This document shows positions 6,904 to 13,623 of a stretch of 13,623 nt of DNA, piece by piece; the stretch's first letter is position 1; every line of letters begins with the position of its first letter. The notes beneath the pieces are model-generated. The model did not search any database and had not been told where the DNA came from. It saw only the letters and a program-made list of their open reading frames with translations. The DNA lies in NCBI GenBank assembly GCA_048938895.1, contig JBHLLU010000082.1:1-13623 (forward strand). The letters run 5' to 3'. A program made the position numbers and the translations under genes. This DNA comes from Promethearchaeota archaeon. Lineage in GTDB: Archaea; Asgardarchaeota; Lokiarchaeia; Sigyniarchaeales; SOKP01.

Positions 6904-8076
6904 ATGGAGAAAATCTCTTCTATAATAAATGAAGTAAATGAAAAGAAAGGTAGAGAATGGCTCAGTCTTCATCCAAAATCAGAAGAACAGCTCATGTCTC
7001 TCGCTTGGTACCTTACTCATCCCAAAATCCAAGGAGATCCAGAAAAAATTAAGGAAATTGTGGATCTCTATTATGACGCAAAAGCCAACAATTTTTTACA
7101 GATGGAAAAAATTACTCGTAAACTTGATGAACTCAGTGTGAAGATAGGAAAAGCAGGATCCATTGATGAAATCCCATTACCAATTCAATCGGAGATAAAA
7201 CCAGTGGAATCGCTTTCGGTAGAACCGAAACAACCGGTGACTGAGGATTTTGGAAAAACCATTGAAGCTCCTAGAGAACTAAAAACAGAGAAAAGTATTG
7301 ATACTGAAAAAGCGTTAACAAATGAAATGGAAAAAATTGAAGAAGAAAAGAATAATTTGAAGGAAGGCTGGAAAAATTTTGAAGTCGAAAGAAATAAAGA
7401 AATGAGGAAAATTGATGAGGAAAAAAATAAGTTAAAAGAAGATTGGGAACAACTTGAAATCGAAAGAAAGAAGTTAAAATCAGAACAAGAACAATTAGTA
7501 ATGGAAAAAGTTTCTATACAAGAAATGGAGAAAACTGATGAAGAAAAGAATAGATTAAATGAAGGGTGGGAACAACTTGAAGTCGAAAGAAACAAAGAAA
7601 TGAGGAAAATTGATGAGGAAAAAAATAAGTTAAAAGAAGATTGGGAACAACTTGAAATCGAAAGAAAGAAGTTAAAATCAGAACAAGAACAATTAGTAAT
7701 GGAAAAAGTTTCTATACAAGAAATGGAGAAAACTGATGAAGAAAAGAATAGATTAAAAGAAGGGTGGGAACAACTTGAAGTCGAAAGAAATAATTTGAAG
7801 TTAAAATGGGAACAATTAGAAGCAGAAAAAAGGAATTGGTTAGAGGAAAAAGAAAAGTACAATGAAGAACGTGAAAAGTATGTCACAGAACGAACAAACC
7901 TGACTCTAGAAAAAGCTGAATTAAGCCTAGAACAATCAAAATTAGAATCTGAAAAAAAAGAATTAGAATCCGAAAGAAGAGAGATAGAATCTGAAAAAAC
8001 TAAATTAGAATTCGTGAAAAAGGAGCTAGAAGAAATGGAAAAGAAAATAGAAAATAAGCTTTCTAAAATTACCTAA
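6904..8076 (+). CDS. Soluble coiled-coil protein with an N-terminal helical head, a Pro-containing linker and a long E/K-rich repeated rod
   Basis: 390-aa ORF: ~82-aa head, linker (EIPLPIQSEIKPVESLSVEPKQP), then ~250 aa of Pro-free E/K-rich helix. No TM segment. Confidence 0.88.
   Translation: MEKISSIINEVNEKKGREWLSLHPKSEEQLMSLAWYLTHPKIQGDPEKIKEIVDLYYDAKANNFLQMEKITRKLDELSVKIGKAGSIDEIPLPIQSEIKPVESLSVEPKQPVTEDFGKTIEAPRELKTEKSIDTEKALTNEMEKIEEEKNNLKEGWKNFEVERNKEMRKIDEEKNKLKEDWEQLEIERKKLKSEQEQLVMEKVSIQEMEKTDEEKNRLNEGWEQLEVERNKEMRKIDEEKNKLKEDWEQLEIERKKLKSEQEQLVMEKVSIQEMEKTDEEKNRLKEGWEQLEVERNNLKLKWEQLEAEKRNWLEEKEKYNEEREKYVTERTNLTLEKAELSLEQSKLESEKKELESERREIESEKTKLEFVKKELEEMEKKIENKLSKIT
7379..7793 (+). 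repeat. In-frame 198-bp (66-codon) tandem duplication, about 2.1 copies
   Basis: GAAGTCGAAAGAAA starts at 7381, 7579 and 7777. The two full copies differ at only 2 positions by eye (AAT/AAC synonymous; AAT/AAA N to K). Confidence 0.95.
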
Positions 8077-8202
8077 AAAACAATACCTTTTTCCTATTAT
8101 AAGGTAAATCTGCCAAGTTATTTATGTTTTTTAAACAGAAAATTAATATTCTAACATGAATCTTTATTTCTCAAAATACAAATTAAAGAGAGTGTAATAG
8201 AA

Positions 8203-8421
8203 ATGGTTGATTTAAAAAAATGGGAAGATAACGATCATTGGGTCGAAGTGGATTTAGATCTATGTATTGGAGCAGAAGAATGCATAAATGTTTGCCCCGC
8301 AGATGTATATGAACTTGTAGATGGTAAAGTTGTGGCAGAAAATATCGGTGAATGTACTGATTGTATGGCATGTCAAGATGTTTGCCCTACTAATGCCATC
8401 CTAGATCATTCTGCATGGTAG
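8203..8421 (+). CDS. Dicluster ferredoxin, probably 7Fe ([3Fe-4S] + [4Fe-4S]) type
   Basis: 72-aa acidic protein with CIGAEECINVCP (CxxAxxCxxxCP) and CTDCMACQDVCP (CxxCxxCxxxCP). Confidence 0.93.
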   Translation: MVDLKKWEDNDHWVEVDLDLCIGAEECINVCPADVYELVDGKVVAENIGECTDCMACQDVCPTNAILDHSAW

Positions 8422-8508
8422 GCAATCAGATTGATAATAAAAGAAGAAATTTTGATTTTAAAATATTATATTTAATAAGTATTATATACTATAATTTAAA
8501 AAACTATA

Positions 8509-8856
8509 TTGATCTTAATGAGGATTATGAACGATTCTGACGAAGAAGAGGATAATTCTGAGGATTTATGGGACTATTATGATAAAGTCGAAGATGCACT
8601 TCAAGGATTATTTGAAGTCTTAAATATAGCTTTAGATCCAGACAGTATATATTATCAAGCCGGTGTAGATAATTTGGAAGCTTTAAAGAGTGGTCTAATC
8701 GATTTGCTCACGAAAGACTATGATACATTAGATCTTCAAGATACCTTACGTAAGATTAAGTTTAAAGTAAAAAAATCCTTATTTTTTGAAGACACCAAGA
8801 AAAAGGATCCTAGTAAAAATCGTAATAAAAGTGATGATTATTCTATATTGAGCTAA
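8509..8856 (+). CDS. Small helical hypothetical protein with an acidic N-terminus and a basic C-terminus (true start may be ATG 8518 or 8527)
   Basis: 115-aa ORF fills the gap between the ferredoxin and HPS genes and has amphipathic helical patterning. No family recognised. Confidence 0.7.
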   Translation: MILMRIMNDSDEEEDNSEDLWDYYDKVEDALQGLFEVLNIALDPDSIYYQAGVDNLEALKSGLIDLLTKDYDTLDLQDTLRKIKFKVKKSLFFEDTKKKDPSKNRNKSDDYSILS

Positions 8857-8888
8857 TTCTAATATATTTTAATCAAAGTAAAAGAGCA

Positions 8889-9587
8889 TTATCCTCCTGA
8901 AAACTTATCAATAGCTTTCCTTATTTTCTCTGCGGTATTATGTGGATTTTTCGCGCGGGTAATCCCACCACCGACAATAATAATATCTAACGGATATGTT
9001 AATAACTTCGGAATATCGGTTATACGAATGCCGCCTGCTATCGCTAATTTTGGATGTTCTCTTAATCTTGCGATTGATTCTAATTCTTGAAAGGGTGTTC
9101 TTCGTGATGCTTGACGATCCAAACCACTATGTACAAGAGCATAATCTAGTCCCTTTTCTTCATATTTTAGATCTATAAGGCCTGCTAATCTGATAACTTG
9201 TGATCGACATGTAATAAGATCTGCCATAATCTCAACATTAAATTCATTTGCAGCACGCAAGGCCTCAATGATGGTAATATCATAAGCGTCTGCCAAAATT
9301 GTTACAATATCTGCTTTTGATTTTGCTGCCATCTTCACTTCAAGGTACCCAGCATCTGCAGTTTTTAAATCAGCACAAATAAGCTTGTCTGGATGTGCCT
9401 CCTTTAACATTTGAATAGCTCTTACTCCTTCAGATTTTATTAACGGTGTTCCTGCTTCTAAAATGTCTACAAATGGGGCTACTTCTTTTGATATCGCCAA
9501 TGCATCTTTTATGGTTTCAAAATCCAAAGCAACCTGTAACCGAGGTTTTTGCTTTTCTTTATTGTTTGGGTGTATCAAACCGTTCAT
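8889..9587 (-). CDS. hxlA: 3-hexulose-6-phosphate synthase (OMP decarboxylase/HUMPS TIM-barrel family)
   Basis: Motifs RLQVALD, DILEAGTPLIKSEG, ADLKTADAGYLE, VHSGLDRQ, AIAGGI and IIIVGGGIT. Confidence 0.9.
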   Translation of the reverse strand: MNGLIHPNNKEKQKPRLQVALDFETIKDALAISKEVAPFVDILEAGTPLIKSEGVRAIQMLKEAHPDKLICADLKTADAGYLEVKMAAKSKADIVTILADAYDITIIEALRAANEFNVEIMADLITCRSQVIRLAGLIDLKYEEKGLDYALVHSGLDRQASRRTPFQELESIARLREHPKLAIAGGIRITDIPKLLTYPLDIIIVGGGITRAKNPHNTAEKIRKAIDKFSGG

Positions 9588-9689
9588 AATTCTTTTCTAC
9601 TATATGAAAATCCTAATATAAAAGAGAAATTTTTACTATAAATAAATACACCCTTATCGTCATTAGAAAAATAATTCACTTTTTTTTTC

Positions 9690-10217
9690 CTATGATGCAT
9701 TATTATGATTTCTGAGTATAATTTCAGTAAGGTCTTGAAATAGATTTTCTACATTATCACCAGTTTTTGTAGAGATTTCTGTGTATAGAGACAATTTATA
9801 ATTTTCCATAATTCTAAATCCCTCTTGCCTGGATATCATACCTGGTCTATCTGAATTGAATTTATTACCTACTAAGAATATAGGAATATCACCTGCATTT
9901 TCTCTAATTATTTGAAGCCAATTGGGCAATTTCTTTAATGTTTTTGGATTTGCAACATCAAACATGATAATAACACCATGTTGACCTTTACAATATTGAG
10001 AGAGTAAAAACTTAAATCTCTCTTCCCCCCCAAAATTCCATAATTGTATATTCGCTTCATTATCCTTATAATGCAATTTCTTAATATAAAATTCAACACC
10101 TATGGTTGGTATAAAATCTTCTTTAAAACAAGCCGAAGAAAAATCTCTGCAGAATTCGTCTTTTCCTGTAGAAGAATCACCTATCACTAAAATCCTTAGA
10201 TTATAATATTCTGACAC
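9690..10217 (-). CDS. Rab-like small GTPase-family protein with non-canonical G1/G3/G4 motifs; likely GTG start at 10217 (ORF track starts at 10253)
   Basis: GDSSTGKD, PTIGVEF, IQLWNFGGEERF, IMFDV, LVGNKFN and EISTKTGDNVENLF. A GGGAGGG SD-like element lies ~9 nt upstream of the in-frame GTG at 10217. Confidence 0.88.
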   Translation of the reverse strand: MSEYYNLRILVIGDSSTGKDEFCRDFSSACFKEDFIPTIGVEFYIKKLHYKDNEANIQLWNFGGEERFKFLLSQYCKGQHGVIIMFDVANPKTLKKLPNWLQIIRENAGDIPIFLVGNKFNSDRPGMISRQEGFRIMENYKLSLYTEISTKTGDNVENLFQDLTEIILRNHNNAS

Positions 10218-10441
10218 TATTTTAGACCCTCCCCCCCATTGAAGTTGGATCATAATCCATCATTTCCACAAAAATTTAACCCTGTCTATTTATCTCTTTT
10301 ATAATTATAAACTTTCCAATTTCAAAAAACTATAAATAAATTCATTAATATAAATTTTACATTTATGTCACTTATTCCCGTGAGATAAGGGAATTTAATT
10401 TCCTTAATATTTCAATCTTATAGCTAGAACCTTGCGAACAA

Positions 10442-10483
10442 GAAAAAAATGAAAAAAAAAGGGAAAATTAACTAATTTTCCTT
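10442..10483 (-). terminator. Hairpin plus T-tract terminator of the 863-aa gene
   Basis: Inverted repeat GGAAAATTA / TAATTTTCC (10462-10481) is followed on the - strand by long T runs, ~35 nt after the stop codon. Confidence 0.6.
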
Positions 10484-10515
10484 ATATATATCTGAAAATT
10501 ATACTATCAAACTTA

Positions 10516-13107
10516 TTATGGAGCAGGTGTATTATCATGCCACGAAGTACCAATACCCCCATCAAATCGACTTGCAAGGTAATTGCCCATTATATTATTA
10601 TGGTGGATTTCATTATAATAGCACGTTTGTATCATATTATGCGAATCCCAATCCACCCCAATTCCCCAATTATTCTCTGTAGCTATGTTATACGATATCT
10701 CATTCCAACTAGCACTGCCATTGAGATAAATACCAACACCACCGTTTTGAGAGCATAGATTTTCAGTTACAAAATTATATTCAACGTCATATACGATCAC
10801 AATACCGCTTCCTGTGTTTTCCTGGCAAAAATTATCACTTATAATATTATAATCAACATTGTAAGCGAGTATAATCCCTCCTAAATTTTCAGAACAAATA
10901 TTATCAGTAACAATGTTATTTTCTGCATTATCCCAGATTACGATTCCATATTGCGAATTCTTTATACAAACATTATTCTCTACTAAAGTATTAGAAATTA
11001 ATCCCACTCCAGTTCCGAATCCTCCTGTTAATCCAATTCCCCACGCATTTTCCATACATGTATTCTCTAGAACCTGAATACCTTCAGAATTTCTTATACT
11101 AATACCTACATTTTCGTTATTATAGCAGTCGTTACTTAGTAACTTACCATTGGTTGCCGAATCTACTACAAGAGCTGCACCTGCTATATTATCAATAATT
11201 TCAGTATTATAAAATCTGCAATCCTTGATTATAAAATATGCATCGCTATTTTGAATAGTTAAACATGAAATCGAACCCTCACCATTTATTGAAATATATT
11301 CAATTATATAAGGATCTTCACTTGTACCGCTACCTTCACACCACCATTGTCTAGATGCTTCCTTCCAAGTGTAATCACCTAATCCATTGTCATCAATAAC
11401 AAATGGTTTAAGAGCATTCCCATATAATCGTACAAAGTCTTGTCCTTTTAGTGGTGCTCCTCCATATTCTTCCTTGAGATTACCCTTGATTATTAACGGA
11501 ATAGTTTCTCCAATGTAATACGTTAATATAAATGTGTCCACTATTTCTTGCGTATCAAATTTTAGGACTAAATCAATAAAACCGTCACCCTCAAGGTCAT
11601 GACCACCACCTTCCTCACTTGTGTATGGAGTTGCAGTATCTTCATAACTCCATCGGAGAGGAGCAACTTCATTTTCTGAATCATCAAAATTAAGCCGAAT
11701 TGAAGCAGGATCGACCGTTAAAACATCAAATTCATCAGTACCACAAATCGCAATAGAGATTACACCTTTACTTCCGAGATTAATAGGATTTGGCCAAGAA
11801 CCAGGTTTAATATCTACGAAAGCTTCTACCTCTAGTAAAGGAACTACTTTTTCTAAGGTCAGAAGTGCCCATGTGGTAGATAATATAACATCCCAATATT
11901 CCCAAAGATAAGCACGTCCATAATAATAAGAACCAAACATTGGAGCACTAGGCCAAAACCCTTCTTCATTTTGTTGATCTAATAAAACTTCAACAAACTC
12001 AGCAAACCAGGCAATTCCACTAAGATCATTAATCGGGGAGATATATTCAATTCCAAGTACTTCTAACCCTCTCATAGTCGTATACATCGCTTGATAGCAT
12101 GCTGGCCAATTAGGGTAAGGGTTCAACCAGGGAGGAGGTAGCTCAATCTCAGGAGGCAAATTAGGCCCTGGACCTCTCCACCCCGGAGAATAATCTTCAT
12201 CATACCAGTGAGTTTCAATAAAATTCACAGCATCAATAACTCTCGGAGTTTCGGCTGTATCTCCAACGAATGCCATCTGATATAATAGATTGCCAGTTTT
12301 TAAGATGTTAAGCCAATAGTAAGGATCAGTATATCCAGATCCCCCTGTAGTATCTTCTTGAACAAAATCTATCCAATAGTTCAACTCATCTTTGACCCAA
12401 GGTAATATTGATATTCCAAATCCGTACGGAGGAGGAGCTTCTGCATAACCAAGACTCAATACCGCATAACCTGAATTAGAATTATCACTTCTACCATCCG
12501 TAGGATTTTCGGAATAACCCCATCCACCTCTTCCAGGATATAATTCATTTTGAGCAAAAGCAAGATAGTCAACGGTATCTTCTAGAACAAGTTGGTAAGT
12601 TTTCCCAACAATATCACCAGAAACATCTACTATCATCTCTGGATGAGTACTTGAGGCAAGAGCCATCATTGCTACGCTCGTTGAATATATCCGATGATGT
12701 TCAATAGATCCAAAATAAATACCTAACCCATTTCCATTCGCATCAGGATCTCCTGCAGGTTGTATTGAGAGAGGAATTGTGTGAGCATCAGCAAATAGGA
12801 AATCAAGACCTCCTCGAACCTGATCATAGTATATATAAGATTCATCTAGAGGATCTATTCCTGATTCTATGGCATATGTTTCGAATTTCAGAACTACAAA
12901 AGCCGTAGTAGCAAGTATTTCCCAATATCCAAATGATCCATCAGGATTTTGCCGTCCGGCTAACCATGCTAAACCCGCTTCAATCGCAACTTCAATTTCA
13001 TCTTCATCTTCTTCTGTAGCTTGACTTATAGTTAATGGAGCAGTACATATTAGAAGCATTAATACTACAAAACAGACTTTAACTTGTGTTTTAGTTTTCA
13101 TTTTCAT
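10516..13107 (-). CDS. Secreted multidomain protein: prenyltransferase/squalene-cyclase-repeat alpha/alpha toroid, DIKPG beta-rich domain and NosD/pectin-lyase-like beta-helix
   Basis: Signal peptide MKMKTKTQVKVCFVVLMLLICTAPLTISQA. QW-like repeats WLAGRQNPDGSF, YLAFAQN..GRGGWGY and LLDQQNEEGFW. Then VDIKPGSWPNPINLGSKGVI and GSGTSEDPYIIE, followed by repeated N-x-C-x-x-N-x-x-G-I beta-helix coils. Confidence 0.88.
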   Translation of the reverse strand: MKMKTKTQVKVCFVVLMLLICTAPLTISQATEEDEDEIEVAIEAGLAWLAGRQNPDGSFGYWEILATTAFVVLKFETYAIESGIDPLDESYIYYDQVRGGLDFLFADAHTIPLSIQPAGDPDANGNGLGIYFGSIEHHRIYSTSVAMMALASSTHPEMIVDVSGDIVGKTYQLVLEDTVDYLAFAQNELYPGRGGWGYSENPTDGRSDNSNSGYAVLSLGYAEAPPPYGFGISILPWVKDELNYWIDFVQEDTTGGSGYTDPYYWLNILKTGNLLYQMAFVGDTAETPRVIDAVNFIETHWYDEDYSPGWRGPGPNLPPEIELPPPWLNPYPNWPACYQAMYTTMRGLEVLGIEYISPINDLSGIAWFAEFVEVLLDQQNEEGFWPSAPMFGSYYYGRAYLWEYWDVILSTTWALLTLEKVVPLLEVEAFVDIKPGSWPNPINLGSKGVISIAICGTDEFDVLTVDPASIRLNFDDSENEVAPLRWSYEDTATPYTSEEGGGHDLEGDGFIDLVLKFDTQEIVDTFILTYYIGETIPLIIKGNLKEEYGGAPLKGQDFVRLYGNALKPFVIDDNGLGDYTWKEASRQWWCEGSGTSEDPYIIEYISINGEGSISCLTIQNSDAYFIIKDCRFYNTEIIDNIAGAALVVDSATNGKLLSNDCYNNENVGISIRNSEGIQVLENTCMENAWGIGLTGGFGTGVGLISNTLVENNVCIKNSQYGIVIWDNAENNIVTDNICSENLGGIILAYNVDYNIISDNFCQENTGSGIVIVYDVEYNFVTENLCSQNGGVGIYLNGSASWNEISYNIATENNWGIGVDWDSHNMIQTCYYNEIHHNNIMGNYLASRFDGGIGTSWHDNTPAP

Positions 13108-13340
13108 TCGCCAAATGTTTTAAATTTTTTATGCAAAAATATTGCACATAAAATTAAGTTATAAGACTATTTAACGGTTCTGTCAAATTCATAAATTGAT
13201 GGATTTTGAATGATTTAAAAGAAATTTGAAGACTTTTTGCTTTTCCTTAATTTTAAAACTCCTCATTTATGTGACCTAAATATTATTAGCTTTAATAGAA
13301 CATATCATCAAATCAATTTATAAAATGGAGATGTAATATT

Positions 13341-13623
13341 ATGGGAGATAAAAGAAGTTCGGTTCTGGGAATAATTGCATTAATTATTGGAGTATCTGGA
13401 TTAGGAATAGGTCTATTTACATTTTTGGATCCTTTCGCAGCTGAGGAACTAAAAGGAATAGAGTATCCTATTTCTTCAGAAGAGGAAATTTTAAGTGCGC
13501 TAAGTGCGATTGGAACAGGATACGGAGTAATAACATTCACAAGCAATATAACCTTAACTAATACAATTACCATTAATGGTGGGGGGAATTACATTATCCA
13601 AGGAGTAGGTGCAACAATAAAAT
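13341..13623 (+). CDS. 5' end of a membrane-anchored, probable beta-helix (pectin lyase-like) surface protein, truncated by the right edge (not in ORF track)
   Basis: ATG at 13341 after GGAG, open to the window end: MGDKRSSVLGIIALIIGVSGLGIGLFTF...SEEEILSALSAIGTGYGVITFTSNITLTNTITINGGGNYIIQG. This is a TM anchor followed by a typical beta-helix capping helix-strand. Confidence 0.8.
   Translation, partial: MGDKRSSVLGIIALIIGVSGLGIGLFTFLDPFAAEELKGIEYPISSEEEILSALSAIGTGYGVITFTSNITLTNTITINGGGNYIIQGVGATIK

Noticed and set aside
6938-7141. 67-aa + strand alternative-frame ORF
   Set aside because: Nested out of frame in the 390-aa gene, with no supporting features.
7379-7793. Repeat as a CRISPR array or mobile element
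   Set aside because: Contiguous in-frame 198-bp units with no unique spacers, terminal repeats or cas/transposase genes.
7185-7886. 233-aa F/S-rich - strand ORF
   Set aside because: Mirror of GAA/AAA codons in the coiled-coil repeat, which explains the absence of stops.
8183-8371. 62-aa - strand ORF
   Set aside because: Antisense to the ferredoxin.
8996-9178. 60-aa + strand ORF
   Set aside because: Antisense to HPS.
10218-10253. N-terminal extension MIQLQWGGGSKI of the small GTPase, and the C-run as a phase-variable tract
   Set aside because: The G-rich run on the - strand is better explained as the SD element for the GTG at 10217.
10537-10758. 73-aa + strand ORF
   Set aside because: Antisense to the beta-helix domain.
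11850-13000. Squalene-hopene cyclase or alpha-2-macroglobulin thioester assignment
   Set aside because: No DxDD or CGEQ motif, and the signal peptide argues against a canonical cyclase; only the fold repeats are shared.
13313-13573. 86-aa - strand ORF
   Set aside because: Shadow of the better-supported + strand CDS starting at 13341.

Overview
AT-rich prokaryotic window that reads like an Asgard archaeon (Lokiarchaeia-type). This is an inference from gene content: a roadblock-fused Rab-like GTPase, a second small GTPase, and large surface proteins with LamG, Ig-like and beta-helix domains. It holds nine complete CDSs and two edge-truncated CDSs that the ORF track missed. The complete genes encode a membrane-anchored hypothetical protein, a Roadblock/LC7 + Rab-like GTPase + probable pseudo-GTPase fusion, a receptor-like DUF2341/LamG/3xIg membrane protein with a large cytoplasmic tail, a coiled-coil protein with a recent 198-bp tandem duplication, a dicluster ferredoxin, a small acidic hypothetical protein, a 3-hexulose-6-phosphate synthase, a Rab-like GTPase with altered G1/G3/G4 motifs, and a secreted alpha/alpha-toroid + beta-helix protein. 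Intergenic DNA contains a GATC-rich ~90-nt hairpin with an alternative fold and a possible WD40 gene remnant. I found no rRNA, tRNA, CRISPR array or mobile element. All domain calls are by-eye motif recognition, not database results.
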